A stretch of DNA of 63,008 nucleotides, counting the filler. It is 11 parts of 11 records of this genome, joined end to end, with 100 filler letters (N's around TTAATTAATTAA, not from the genome) between each part and the next. Parts side by side here need not be neighbours in the genome. Positions count along the whole stretch, not along the records: positions 19,537 to 26,272 come from SRR7504441_10170; positions 26,373 to 32,875 come from SRR7504441_10172; positions 32,976 to 38,234 come from SRR7504441_10175; 8 more parts are not named here. One strand, given 5' to 3'. Every line of letters begins with the position of its first letter. Positions within the stretch are counted from its first letter, which is position 1. The translations under genes were made by a program, and so were the position numbers. This document shows, piece by piece, positions 22,488 through 35,474 of the stretch. The notes below the pieces were generated by a model that did no database searches, was not told the origin of the DNA, and was given only the letters and a program-made list of their open reading frames with translations.

Positions 22488-25400
22488 CTACACAGCAGTA
22501 AGCGGCACTTGGAGCTCTGGATCAAAGGCCACCATTTCGGGCTGCTGCGGCACAGGAGCCTTCGGTTTCTCCATTGGCTTGTCTTTCCGCTTGAAGAACT
22601 TGCGCCCGGGGCCAATCACCATCACCCGCTCCCAGAACGCAGCGCAGATGCACGAGGAAGCTATCAGCGCCCACAGTTTCCACCGCAAGCTGGCCGACAT
22701 GGCGGGCGACTCCTCGCCTGCCCGCGCCCATACCTGATTTTCGTTTTCGGTAAAGGGCATCGACGCAATGTGGAAGGCCTCAGTCACAACGTTTGGCTCA
22801 CAGAGCAGCAGGTACGAGACTGCGCCAAAGAAGCCAGTCCACATGAGCAGCACAGGCCAGTTGGTGTATATCGGCTGGCGCCACACGTGCCCGAGCGAGT
22901 AGATCGCCCCGGCGGACATCAGCTGCAGGAACATGCAGCAGAAGATCACAGTGGCCTCCCAGTTGTCCGCCAGCCACCAGTTCTGGCCAAAGTTTTTGAT
23001 GTGCTGCACCGGCCACTTGACATAATTTGGCTGGCTAGTCACAAACAGGAGCGCGCTGACAATGAATGCGAAGAAGATGAAAAACATACCACACACCGAC
23101 ATCACAGTGGTGAGGCCGAGCAGCGACGAGGTCGGGCGAGAGTCCGGCAGTGTGGCTGCGGGCTTGGCTAGAGTCATCACGTAAGACATGATCACCACCG
23201 CAACAACGTCAATCAGGATGTAGGACATAGAGCACCTGCACACAAGCTCAACTCTGCCAGCCGCTAGCTCGCGTGTTTACATGATCACTCCGAGCGCATA
23301 AGATGCCATCTTCATGACCGAGAGCAACAAACCGTAGGTAATCAGAAACCTGCCAAACAATCGGCCGCTGCTGTCAGCCTTCTCTCACTTGTAGGTTGCG
23401 AAGTTGGTGGCCAGGGCTGCTCGGCCTTCGCGGATCAGTTCCACCACCGACTGGATCGAGCGCGAACTCGACGTGAATGGAGACACCAGCGTCGCCTCAG
23501 CCTCGGAGAGGGCCAATCCTGTCACTGCAGCTCACCCCACGCGCATACTGAGCCCGCACCTGCATGCGCACTGCGCAGCGCCCCGCAGTCGTTGCCGCCA
23601 TCGCCGCACATGCCCACGATCAGCTGATGCTTCCACAGCGCCTCGATCACAGCCACCTTGCCATCCGGCCGGAGCCTGGCAAAGATCCGGATGTGCACCA
23701 CCAGCAGGTCGAAGGCGTCCGACTGGCTGAGCAGATCGAGCGCCCGCTGGCTCACGGCCAGCTCGAGTTGCTCAAACAGCTCGCCAGGCTCCTCGCCACA
23801 GCACACAGCTTCTATCTCCTCCACCTCCTGGGCGATCTCCTGCCCGCCCGGCACGCTCCAGTGCATCATCCCGTCCACCACGTCCCCAAACACTATTGTC
23901 TTGTCCGGTCCAACCAGCCCGGCCTCGCGCGCAATGTAAGCCCCGCATTGCGCGTTGTCCCCGGTGAGCATGATGCACCGCACATCGCCTGCCTGCAGCT
24001 CGGCGATCGCCTCGGCCGTATCCGGCCGGATCTTGTTACGAAAGAGCAACAGCCCGACCAGCTCGAGCCCTGAGTAACGGATCATTTCCTAAATGGAAGG
24101 TAGCGTGCCTCTGTGCTCAAGCTGGTCCCTCGAGATTGCCTCCAGCTCCGCCGCCCCCAGCCTGCCAAGTTCGCACTTGGCGGCCCCCAGCACCTGCACC
24201 CAATCAGCAACCAGCGCTCGTACTAGCCCACGTAGCAGCCCTGGAGCGAATGCTCTTTGTGAACCTCCCCGTACCGCTCCGGCAGCCCAGAGCACAGCTC
24301 GCCCACTCGCTCCGCAGATCCCTGCCCACCAGCTTGCCCGAGCCTGCGCATCTCACACCTTGCAGTAAGCCACGCACTCGCCGGTGGTCGGATCGCGCAC
24401 GATCACTAGCATGGTCATCCGCGAGTGGTCGAATTCGAAAGTCCTGACAATCTCGTAGCGCACATGCTCAGCCCCGCCCGCCAGCATCACAGTCCGAGTG
24501 CGGCCCGAGCTCTCGTACAGGTGCGCACCCGACGCTTCAAACATCTTCTCCTGCCCGGCGCTCAGCACGGCCGGCGGCCGGCCGGGCACCTCCATCTGGC
24601 TGCCCACCAGCTGGGCGCCGAACCGCTTGAGATCGTGGCAGCTGGCGAGCAGCAGAGCCACGTCACGCTCACAGCTCGCCAGCCCGAACCGCTCGGTGCA
24701 CACTTGGCCCAGCGAGCTCGGCTGGGTGCGGAGCACCTCCTGCACCCCGAGGAAGTCGAGGCCCTCCATCGTGAGTGTGCCGGTCTTGTCGAACGCAAAC
24801 ACCTTGATCGCACCGCAGATCGCGATTCGCTTCGGGTTGATGCAGAACACATTCTTGGACCGCAGCCGGTACGCTGCCATGTTCTCGCCCACCACCAGCG
24901 CGATCGGGAGCATCGGCGAAAGCACTTGCGAGACGGTGAAGACGGCGTATGCCCAGGTATCGACCCAGAAGATAGAGGCGCCATTGTTGTTGATCAGCAC
25001 CACGGAGAGCACAAAGCAGATGGCGGCGTACACGAACAGCATGCTGAACACCACCGGCAGCTCCTCGTCGTACTTGAAGCTCATCGGGATCGGATGGAGC
25101 ACCCCAGACACCAGCTGCCCCCGGCTAGTGTTGATCCCGATCTCCAGCACCACCGCCACCACCCCAACCTGCTTGTCCACAGCCCCAGCCTGGATTGCGC
25201 GCGTGCCCGCAAACAGCAGGCTCGACTTGTGCGCGGTCCTGTCCAGCACCCGCCGGCTGTTGGGCAGGGCGGTCTTGCCCACTGGTATCGACTCACCGGT
25301 AAGCCCGGCCTCGTCGCACACGACTGTGCCCTCCAGCAGCGCCAAGTCTGCTGGGATCAGCTGGCCAGCGACCAGCCGGACGATGTCGCCCTGGACCAGC

Positions 25401-26272
25401 TCGGACGAGTCGAGCAACACCCACTGGCCGGCCCGAAGGGTCTCGGACGGGACTGAGTACTGCGCCATCTTGCCAATCCGCTGCTGCGAGAGCCAGGCCA
25501 GCACGGAGTTGACCGCAGCAGAGAAGAGCACCACAAGCAGCATCAGCAGCCCGACCAACATGTACGAGAACCAGATCCACACCGAGTACATTTGCCACTG
25601 GTATAGGTAGAACCCGGTGCAGACCTCGTCGAGCAAGCACTCGCACAGACTGGCAGGTACAAACTTGACCGTGTTCTCACCGCCGATCTCCCGCCGGTTG
25701 GTCGCTTGCTCAATGGTCAGCCCCCCGCCAGCCGCCACGGAGTGCCCGACCGAGCATTCCATGTCGCCCACCGCCGGCGGCATGATTGAGTCTTTCTCGA
25801 TCACATACCGCACATTCTCAAACTCAAAGTATTTCAGCCCAGTCCGGGCGGTCCGCTGGACGGCGCAGTCCTCGGCCAGTTCGGGCAAGCAGCCCTCGCC
25901 CAACCAGTCAAGCTTCCGGCGCAGCCACCATTTGAGCAGCGGCGAAGGGTTCGGAACCATCAACTCGGTTACGACCGGCGCCCGCACATGCACCGTTGCC
26001 GCCTGAGAGATCGGGACAGGAAGCCGGAACCTGCCCCCGAGCTTCAGAGAGTCTAGCCGGGCCGCGGACCAGTTCCGGAGCTCCCGCTTGCACCAGAGCA
26101 TGCCGCCAAGCCAGAAAGCTGAGAGCCACCACACCACAAACAGAGCCCTGCCCCCCGCTCAGACCCAGCTCAGACCGGCCGGCTGCCGAGCGTTGTTGTC
26201 GGCGTCCCCGAAGAGAGGGTACTTGCCGATCTGGCAAAGACTGCCAAGTTACCTCCAAGTGATTCAACAAGT
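22488..26272 (-). CDS. P5B-type (ATP13A-like) P-type ATPase, 5'-truncated
   Basis: LTGESIP, FDKTGTLT, FEFDHSRMTM, MLTGDN, GMCGDGGNDCGAL and RPTSSLLG, followed by C-terminal TM helices. Confidence 0.93.
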
Positions 26273-26372
26273 NNNNNNNNNNNNNNNNNNNNNNNNNNNN
26301 NNNNNNNNNNNNNNNNTTAATTAATTAANNNNNNNNNNNNNNNNNNNNNNNNNNNNNNNNNNNNNNNNNNNN
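26273..26372. other. Artificial contig spacer
   Basis: 44N-TTAATTAATTAA-44N. Confidence 0.98.
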
Positions 26373-27335
26373 AAGAGCGCCGGGAGCCCTGAGGCAACAC
26401 CACGTTCGGTACCACGATCTGCTGGCCAGCCTGCACCCGCCATCCGGCCGCCCCAGCCGGAGCGCACCGCGAGCAGCGTGTGCAGCACGCGGGGGCTATA
26501 GTGGTGCACGTCCACGTCCAGCCAGAGCACCCAGTCGACCTGCTCTCCGAGAGCTGCTACGAGCAGCCTGTTCCTCGCCCTGGCCAGGTTGGCCCGCCGG
26601 GTGAGCTGATACTCTTGCGAGTGCCTATCGCCGCCCAGCTGGCCGCCCGGCTGGCCCCGGTGCAGCTCGATCGAGTCCAGTCCAGCCAGGGCCTCCCGTC
26701 GGATCCGGCTGGCCGTCTGGTTCCATCCAAGCTCATCACTCTCGTCGAGCAAAGCCACCCCGATCCGGTCGAGCGGGTAGTCGAGCGCCTTCAGGTTGGC
26801 AAAGTACCGATCCAGGTGCCGGAGCGCGTGCTTGATCGGGGTGAGCACCAACAGCCGGGGTGCTGCTCCCCCAGGCCCGGTCCTGTTCAGCTGTGGGCAG
26901 TCGGCCCGGCAGCAGTAGCTGCGCTCCCCGCTCGGGCTTTGCTCGAGCACAGAGCCGGTCCTCAGCTGGTACCTGCCTAGCCTAGTCGGCTGCCGCGGCC
27001 GGCCTGGCCCACCGGCCCTCGCTGAGCGTCAGGCCAGTGCACGAGCGGCGCGCCCGGCAGGCGGCCGCTGCCACGTCGGCGTAGCTGAAGGTCTGGCTGC
27101 CCGGCAACTCGCCCCGCAGGAAGCCCGGGAGCGGTCCGACGCACGAGGCTGACGGCACGGCGACCGACGGGCCGGCCTCCGGGAGCGGGCTTCCTGCCAA
27201 GTTTGAGAGCCTCTTTGTGTGCCGGGGCCTGCTCGGCAGCTGAGCCGGCACAAGGATGATCGTGAGCGTGAGGCTCGTGACCAGCAGGCTACCACCCACC
27301 AGCAGCCGGGTCCGGGACGACACCCGACGCACCAT
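26373..27335 (-). CDS. Anp1/Mnn9/Van1-like (GT62) glycosyltransferase, type II membrane, 3'-truncated
   Basis: Signal anchor and small Cys-rich stem, then LLVLTPIK, LDYPLDRI, RH...QLTRRANLARARNRLL and WVLWLDVDV (DxD). Confidence 0.8.
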
Positions 27336-27504
27336 GGACAGAACGGCGCGGCACCGCCCGGCGTATCTCCGCGGCGTCCACGTCCACCGGTGGCAGTTGC
27401 CGTTCTTGCTTCGTGCGTTCGCCGCTCGCCCAGTCATTGGCGAAGCCAGCCGAGCACTTGCCCAAGACCCGGCTGTCGCGCCTCGCTTTCTCGCACGGCA
27501 GTCG

Positions 27505-27756
27505 ATGGTTGAGCCGGCTGCACGCCGGCGGCCGGTGAGCAAAGAGGAGAGGCGGGAGGCCGAGCGGCAGCTGATGCAAGACCCGGCGCTCCCGACCGAG
27601 CTGCCGGAGCAGCCCTACCGCAAGCCGCGCCGGAAGCAGCGGGTCAAGACGGGGCACCGCTGGCTGCAGTTGTACATGATCGCGATGGTTTGCACCGCGC
27701 TCTGCGTCGGGTTCTACCTCTTCATCGAGGCCAAGCAGTCGGTGGCCGTCCAGTGA
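27505..27756 (+). CDS. Small single-TM (tail-anchored-like) protein, 83 aa
   Basis: Charged N-terminus and one C-terminal hydrophobic helix, GC3-rich codons, divergent from GT62. Confidence 0.55.
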   Translation: MVEPAARRRPVSKEERREAERQLMQDPALPTELPEQPYRKPRRKQRVKTGHRWLQLYMIAMVCTALCVGFYLFIEAKQSVAVQ

Positions 27757-28513
27757 GCGACGGCGCCCAGCGGCCAGTCGCGTCCCGGGCGCCCGAACCG
27801 GTGCGCCCCTGGCCTGCATGTAGCTGCTAGCTGGCGAGGATGTGAATTAGAGCTCTTGAGGCCGCTTGGGGAGCCACAGCGGGGCCCGATGGAAGCTTGC
27901 CACTTTGACCTGAGCCGTGTACTGTAGACCTGCCCTGTTCCCTGGCCCGTAGCACAGCCGCCCGCTCAGCCGGACTATGCAGGTGCCTCGTGCCCGGAGC
28001 TGCGACGAAGCGCGTCGCGGCCGCAAATCAGCGGCCGACTAAGTAGTCTAAAGCCGCCCACACATCTGGAGCGCGGTCCACATAATGACTTATGTAATTG
28101 TTGCAATGCATATGTTAGAAGTACTTGTAAGAGTGCGAGTAGTAATAGTAGCCTCTCTTTAAGCCTAAAAGACTTCTAAGTAGCGACGTTAATCTAACTA
28201 TCAATACAACTTTCACATGTATTAGTAACACAGCCTCGACCGGCTGCAACGGCCGTGCCAGTGAAGATTCCGTGCCAGTAACATCAGCTGATGATCTCAT
28301 CATGATCATCATTCTGCGGGCCGTGTGTTGGCTTTGGTTCAGCCTTCAGCCCTTCACAGCAACTTCTTCTCGGATATTTGGTCGGGCCTCCAGATTCTGG
28401 TCCACATCCGACAAGTGACTCTCTACAATTAGGGAATCGCGGTATGAACAGCCAGACCCAACTTCAGAAGAGAGTCTTCAACTCAACAGCTGAAGTGTTC
28501 AAGCCTCGGCGCG

Positions 28514-30451
28514 ATGGCCTCGGAGCACCAGATCCGTGGGCGGATCCTGCGGAGCGAGGAGGAGGGAATGGCCCAGCTGGTCCAGGCGCTCGAGCAGCTG
28601 GTCGCCGGCCCGACCGTCAGCCCGCCCGCCCAGCTGCTCCTCGGCCTGGCCCACCTACGGGCCGGCCGGCTGGCGGAGGTCGCCAATCCTCGAGGCCGGT
28701 GCCCACCGGAGGGCAGGCGGGGCCGCTGTTCGGCAAGACGCTCCAGGCCGGGCCGGACCAACGGACCAAGTACGCCGCCCGGATCGGGATGGCCCACTGC
28801 AAGCCGGTGAACGCCGCCGGCAGCGGGGTGGCTCCTGGCCGGCCGGCCGGGGCGAGGCCTGGGCAGCGGCAGGCGGCCCGGCTGTTGGTCGGACTGGCCA
28901 CGGTGATCGGCCACCTGAGGAAACCGGACTGGGCCGCCGCGCTGGCCGCCTGCGAGGTGGGCCGGCTCGGCTTGTAACGCCGGGGGGCGCGGGCAAGCCG
29001 GACGGGCAGCGAGGACTGGCCGAGTGGCCGGAAGAGCGGCAGCTGCGCAATCTGGAGGCGCTCTGTCTGGTGGGGCTCGGTCGGGTGGGCGGCAGTCAGC
29101 GGACCGGGCGATCTGGGGCAGGCGGAGCAGGCGGCGCCCAAGCTGCAGAGGATGCTGCAGGCAGAGCCGACCGACTGGTGCGAGCTCAACAACTATGCGG
29201 TCCGGAGCGGACGGGCGGGGGCGGAGCGGGGGCAGGTGTTGCTGCTGCAGCAGCAGTTCTTCAAGCACGCGACGGACATGCTCGAGCAGCTGGTGAGCCG
29301 GTGCCCTGAGCAGTTCCTGCTCTGGAACAACCTTGCTCTCGGGTACAAGGGCTGCGGCCGAGTGGCGGAGGCCGAGGACGCGATGCTCCAGGCGAGCGAG
29401 CTGCTCGGGAGTTCGGGCGATGCGACCAGTCAGTTTGCAGTGGAGCACAACACAGCGTGCTGCTACAGCTACGGCTACTCGGCCGTAAGGGGGCGACCGC
29501 CGCGCGAGTGCTGCGACCGGTGCGCCCAGCCGCAGGCTGTGGAGGCCGAGTGCGCTCAGGCTGCAGGCGCACGGACAGCAGTTGCTCAGCGCGTGCCAGG
29601 TGCCAGCCGCCGCTGGGCGAGCACTCAGCGGGGCGCAGCAACGACCGAGCAGGACGGACGGGTGGCTCTCGCTCGGGACCGTCTGCCGCTGGCTCTCGCT
29701 GCTCGCCCAGGACCTGCGGCACAAGCAGCTGTTTAAGCAGCAGGCCCGGGTGGCGTTTGCCAAGGCGCTCGAGCTGGTTCCTAGTGAGCCGAGCGCTGCA
29801 CTCCAGCTCGGGATGCTCGCAGCCGACGACGGCGACTTTGGGACCGCCAAGCAGTGCTTGCAGAGCGCGGCGGCGGCCCGACCGGACTGGCTGGCTGGCT
29901 GGAACAACCTGGGTGCGGGCTGGTGGCTGGCGAGGCTGAGCCGTGGCAGGGGTGGTGCTCCAGCTAGCCCAGCAGCTGGATGACGCCGAGCTGGTGCTAG
30001 CCAAGGCGGCCGAGCTGGCCCCGCGCTCGCACTGCGTGTGGAACAACTTAGGCAGCTTGTACCGGCAGCAGGGCAAGCTGGTAGAGGCGCAGGAGGCGTA
30101 CGACCGCTGCCTCGAGCTCAAGCCTGACTACGCGCCGGTGAAAAGCTGGCCGGGCGGGCCGATCCGTGGCAGGCGTACAATAACCTCGGGCTGCTCTACT
30201 ACGCGCTGGGGCCGGCCTTCTACAGCAACGCTGAGTACATGTTCGAAGTGAGCACAAAGGTGCGGCCTGGCGCGGATGGCCCAGATGAGCGGAGCGGCAG
30301 ATCGACCCGACAGTCCAGTCAGCCAGGGCCAACCTGCACCAACTCAAGGCAGCCCCCAGGCCCGATCCGTCTGAGCCAGTGGTTGGCAGCTGATGCAGCG
30401 CCGCACATGAGGGATGTGCAACCAACTCTAACTCGCATCACCGGCATCTAA
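28514..30451 (+). CDS. TPR-repeat protein, many short introns
   Basis: Repeated TPR motifs: LWNNLALGY, AGWNNLG, CVWNNLGSLYRQQGKLVEAQEAYDRCLELKPDYAP, AYNNLGLLY. Confidence 0.8.
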
Positions 30452-30731
30452 GGCTTCTTGTTCGTTGTATGTTTATTGTATGTTCATTTATTTTTAAAAG
30501 TACATGACTTGTATACAAGTAATGAGACGTAGGTAAGACGTCTTACAGGAGTACATGTACTCGTAAACCAGGTGCATCGGGGGTAATCGGGGGCTAAGTG
30601 AAGAAGAACAAACAGTAGAACACTATACTCGGTATTTAGTACGATTAGGTACTGACTCGAGTATTTAGTACGTAACAGAATCCAAAAGGATTCCCCCGGT
30701 GCTTCTCTGCACGAAGCCTGTTTTGCCATGC

Positions 30732-32479
30732 TCACGATGCGATGTCGTATCCAGCAACCATTGCATCAAACTCGGCCTGCTCCGGTGTGCATTGTGGTAG
30801 GTCCTCCTGGTGGTATGAGTCGTCATACGGTTTCCCAAGTAGAAAACGGAGGGTCATGTCATAGGCGGACGCAGCTTGGTACATCGGGGTCTCATGCCCA
30901 GCATTTCGGATCACAGTGTAGCAAAAGCGGCTGTCATTCATATTCATGCACCTGCCGTACCCAACTGGCTGCTTTGCTTGGCTGCTCCGCTTCCAGGTTG
31001 TCTTGTTGTTCTGATAGAATTGTGTATGCATTCTCGCCTTCTCCAGGCCCATCTGTATGCCAGGCTCTGTGGTGAAAGGACCAAGCAACGCGTCCAAGTT
31101 GGATGAGTAGATGTTGATGTCGATCCCTTTCGGCAGCAGCTCCTTGAAGTACATTTCTGCCGTTTCTTGACAGAAGTCGCCATTTTGGACCATCGAACTA
31201 TACACCGCCTTGCGCTTATCGGACATCCATTTCTTGAGAGCAGGCCCATCCCGGTACCGATGCACTTTGTCAAAGTGCATCTGCTGTGCGTTCTGGACTA
31301 AAAAGGCATAGAAGTTGGACTGGCTGGGCTGCGCCTGGCCGTTGAGCGTGATGTCAGTCGCAGTTGATCCTGTGAACTTCTCAAACAGAAATTGATCGGA
31401 AGTGCCATCATCGTTCCACACGCTGTCCCAGAGTTTAAAAAAGGCCGGGCAATCATTTGCTCGGAGCTCAGCGCGCGCCCGCTCCATCACATCGTCAATT
31501 TGCTTCCTCTCGTCATCAAATAACAGGCCCATCGACCACAGCGCAGAGCCGTAGAACTTGGTCTGGACCGACCAGCCCAGGCACGGGTCGCCCACGCTCA
31601 GTCCTTTGAGGTTGATCTTGTCGCCCACTCCTGCTGCATCATTGTGCGCCAATACTGCCTTTGCAAACCACGGGCAGTAGTTGCCAGCGTAAGACTCTCC
31701 GGTGATCCAGAACGGGGCCGGCTGAAGCTCGGGGATCATCTGAAACAGCTGCAGCAAGATTTGGACGAGCTGCCTTGTGGCCTCCTCCGAGTTGGCCCAC
31801 TCGGTCTCCTCGAGCGGCACCACTGCCCCAGTCTTGTCCGTCTGGTAAGACAGCCCGGCCTGCACCGGACTATCCACAAACAGGCAATCGTTCTCCAGAC
31901 ACCTGCGCCCGTGGCTCGACCCAGCCAGCAGGTGCGGGCTACCAGGAGTAACAGCGCTCCTTCAACTTGCCGTCCTTGTCCGCGAAGTAGTTGCCGATCT
32001 CGTTAAACGCCGGCCCGCCAGCCCCCGATCCCGGACCCCCAGCCAGGTATTGCAGCAGGTTGGCCTCCCCGTGTACGCATCCGTTCCGGCAGGGCTGGTA
32101 CCAGAACCACAGATGATTGGTCCGATCCCCCGATTTGCTGGCGACAGATAGGAAGCCGGTGTGGCCGATCGGCCGACCGTCGATCGATGCCTCGGAAGCC
32201 TGGCGGGCTTCGGCAGCCCGGTTTGTCTCGAGCAGCTGAGTCAGCTCGCCCACCTGCGCCCCGGGGCTGGCTCAATGCCCGGCCGGCTGAGGGACTCACC
32301 GCGCCGGCGTGAGCCTCATGCCCGTCTTCAAGATTGCCCGGCCTGGTCTTATCCGCGGCCGAGGCCTGGACGAACGCATCTTCTTCGGGGACGGTGAGAT
32401 AATCAGCGCTGGTCGGGATGGCAGCGATCATGCCCGCGGCCGCGGTGAGCGCGGTCAAGATCAGCCCAGTGCGCGACAT
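30732..32479 (-). CDS. Secreted serine carboxypeptidase (peptidase S10)
   Basis: Signal peptide, LWFWY, LAGGPGS, DSPVQAGLSY, ITGESYAG (catalytic Ser) and IRNAGHETP (catalytic His). It has two short introns. Confidence 0.93.
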
Positions 32480-32875
32480 AGATCTAGAGCCTATGAAATG
32501 TTACATGAACCAACTCTAGATGGCAATGTGACGGGCAAGTCCAGTGTTTCAACCGCCACCCCTTGCTGGGTCCTGTGGCGTGTTTTAGTGTAAGTTTGGT
32601 GATAGTTTGGTGATTATGTTATGAGATCCATTGAGTTTGGCGCCGTATTCAGCGGCTCGGTATGACCGACCATCAGATTTGAACAAATTTGAACATCGGA
32701 ACATGTGAGAAATCGCGTTGGAAATCGGACATACCGGTAGTGTTGGCTCATGATCAACGCGGCAATCGTTCCCATGGGCGAACGGACAAAATTTTGCGGG
32801 CGACGATTTTATTGAACTGTGACCCCGACAGTGCAGGTGTGGGCTCCAAGGCTTGTATCCTTTATCCTACTATCC

Positions 32876-32975
32876 NNNNNNNNNNNNNNNNNNNNNNNNN
32901 NNNNNNNNNNNNNNNNNNNTTAATTAATTAANNNNNNNNNNNNNNNNNNNNNNNNNNNNNNNNNNNNNNNNNNNN
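32876..32975. other. Artificial contig spacer
   Basis: 44N-TTAATTAATTAA-44N. Confidence 0.98.
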
Positions 32976-33120
32976 GAGGCGGGTTTTATCCGTTGGGCTG
33001 GCTTACGACTGTAGTCCAGGCCAGGGCAGATTTGCAACGGCAAAAGTACAGAGAGACGGGACGCCTCATCACCAGGCGCTGGCTCCTCACCGATTGCACT
33101 GCTCAAGGGTCACACAGGTC

Positions 33121-33908
33121 ATGACGGCCTGGCCGGCGGCGGACTGGGAAGACTGGCCTGGGACGCGGGTAGGCGCCTTGGTGTTTAATCTCGTCCTGAT
33201 CCTCGCGGTGCGCTGCCAGCCGGCTGCCCCCCGCCACCAGGCCGCAGGTGCTGGCCCAGCTCTTGGCCCGACACTGGTCCGGTCCCAAGGCCCAGCCGGG
33301 CCCCGAGCCACTCTCCCGGGCCGAATTCTACCGGCATTCGTCGGCCCGAGGGCGGCGGCCAGCCCGGGGGCAGGTGGGGATTCTGGCCGTGCGGGTGGGA
33401 TGAGCTGATCCCGGCCGGGGAGGCGCTGACCGTGCACAAGAGCCGGGCGGCGCTATTCTGCTGCTGTTTCCCCTGCTGTAGGTGCCGCTCCTTCGAGCGG
33501 GCTCGACTAGACTGCCGGCTGAGGCTCGAGCGCAAGCCGTTCGAATGGGGCGAACTGCCCACGGCGCTGCTGGGGGGCTGCGTGGCCGGACTTTGGCTGC
33601 ACTTCTGGCCGTGCGTGTGGTGGACATGCGACTGGGGCCCACACGACGGCGAGGGGGTCCGTGGCGGGATCTGGTTTGGCAGCTGGGCTGTGGTGACCGG
33701 CCTCATGCTTTGCTGCCGGGCCCGAGTGGCGGTGGTGGATGGCTCGGATGTCTGGTTTGCTGTGGACGGCGAAGATGGGTTCGAGCAGGTGCGGGCCAAG
33801 CTGGAGGAATGCGGGGATCCGGAGCTCCCGGCGTTGCTGCCTGGCGTTGCGGTTAGTGTCGAGACCGAAAACATGCCAGACAGTATGCCCCTCACTACCA
33901 AACCTTGA
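33121..33908 (+). CDS. Hypothetical membrane protein (exon structure uncertain)
   Basis: Hydrophobic segments, a Cys/Trp-rich last exon, intron-like GT...CAG stretches, and an AT-rich 3' flank after TGA. Confidence 0.45.
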
Positions 33909-34169
33909 CAAGCCAAACCGTTTTTAAATTAATCAGTTACATGTATCTATATACTGCCTTCATAAAGCATGGTGAAACACTGGCATGGGTGTTCGTTGCT
34001 TGTCTGATTGTGCACGTGGCTGGTAACTAATCAAGTATACATGTACGATTTTGCTGCAAATATTTAGAACAGGGTACACTAAGGGTACACTAGGGTACAA
34101 TTGTGCGTGCATGTACAATGCATCAAATATACCGGCCTAATGCATGACCGCATGACCAATTGCAACCAT

Positions 34170-35474
34170 CTAGAACCGCACATCACGCAACTTGGGTTCG
34201 CTCAACCGCAACATCAACACACCGTCAATGTTCACGAATCCCTCGAAGGTGCCACTGTGTACCCCAAGCTCCCGGCGTGCGAACAGGTCCCTCACCAGCC
34301 TCGGCCCGGGTGGCAGGCCGACTGTAGTCCAGTTGAACCCAAGAAGCAAGTGCGTGCCACACACACTTCGGTTCCACAGCGTCACAGCCAAATCTCCGTT
34401 GGCGAGAGGACGGACCCACACGTCGTGTGCCTCGCATGAGTCCGTATTGTGGACCACCCGGCGGCCCATCTTGCCGGCTGGGTCTTGGTCCACTCCAATT
34501 ACCTCCGGCGCCAGCAGGATTGCCTTCATTTGTGGATCCAGCTGACGTAGGTCGTTACCCATCAGCAAAGGGGCCGCCATCATGCTCCACAGCGCCATCT
34601 GCGCCTTGGCCTGGTCCAGCGATAAAGCAAAGTTCCCAATTATGAGCATATCAGGATCGTTGAAATGACCCGGCCCTGACGCTTGCATCATACCATTCAA
34701 AGCTGCATTGTCGCCAACCCAGTCCACGATCCCCGTGACAGAATCCCAGCTGTCCTGAATATCATCATACATCCGCCAAATGTTGCAGGCCGCCGCCGTC
34801 ATCGCATAGTCGACAGGCTCCGACGAGTTGCCGTTGGTCCTGATGTAGTCTGGCCACGAGCACGAGTAAAGCACAGGCCTGCCTGTGCGGTTCAGAGCCG
34901 AGCCCATGTACTCATACGCCGGGTCGAGCACGGCCTTGGAGTGGATCGAGTTGCACCCATCCATCTTGAGGCTATCGATCCCCCAATCGGCGTAGGTGGC
35001 CGCGTCCTCCTGCATGTACCCGGGCAGCGTGCACTGCTCGTCTTTGCACTCGCCCGGATACTTGCCGCAGGTGGCCGTTCCCATGTCGTTGTAGGTGCCC
35101 AGTTTGAGGCCCTTGGAGTGCACATACCGGGCGAGCGCCTTCATGCCCCCAGGGAATCGGCTGGTATTGCCCACCAGCCTGCCGTCTGCCGTCCTGTCCC
35201 GGTTACTCCAGCAGTCGTCGATATTCACATACTGGTACCCAGCGGCCCGCCACTCCGGCAGGGCCAGGATGTCGGCGTGCTGCTTGACGAGACCCTCTGA
35301 GATGCAGTTGGACGGGTCGTCCGCGCACGAGGGCCCGGTGCCGGTATCGTCCGCTGTGCATCGGAAGCGCTCCCAAGTCATCCAGCCCATGGGCGGAGTG
35401 CGCGCCAGCCCGTTGTCCAGCGCCCTGACCACGTGGAGCAGCAGCACCGCAACCACCGTCACGAACGCCCGCAT
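34170..35474 (-). CDS. GH27 alpha-N-acetylgalactosaminidase / alpha-galactosidase, secreted, intronless
   Basis: LDNGLARTPPMGWMTWERF, NIDDCW, LKMDGC (nucleophile), YSCSWP, CNIWRMYDDI (acid/base), FNDPDML and AAPLLMGNDLR. Confidence 0.95.
   Translation of the reverse strand: MRAFVTVVAVLLLHVVRALDNGLARTPPMGWMTWERFRCTADDTGTGPSCADDPSNCISEGLVKQHADILALPEWRAAGYQYVNIDDCWSNRDRTADGRLVGNTSRFPGGMKALARYVHSKGLKLGTYNDMGTATCGKYPGECKDEQCTLPGYMQEDAATYADWGIDSLKMDGCNSIHSKAVLDPAYEYMGSALNRTGRPVLYSCSWPDYIRTNGNSSEPVDYAMTAAACNIWRMYDDIQDSWDSVTGIVDWVGDNAALNGMMQASGPGHFNDPDMLIIGNFALSLDQAKAQMALWSMMAAPLLMGNDLRQLDPQMKAILLAPEVIGVDQDPAGKMGRRVVHNTDSCEAHDVWVRPLANGDLAVTLWNRSVCGTHLLLGFNWTTVGLPPGPRLVRDLFARRELGVHSGTFEGFVNIDGVLMLRLSEPKLRDVRF

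Noticed and set aside
27505-27756. Similarity of the small TM protein to TRIQK (QxYRK...KQ plus C-terminal TM)
   Set aside because: The match is too short and low-complexity to support without a profile search.
34071-34100. Short tandem duplications (AGGGTACACTA x~3; also TACTACGGAGT x2 at 846-867)
   Set aside because: These are ordinary slippage repeats in intergenic DNA with no further structure.
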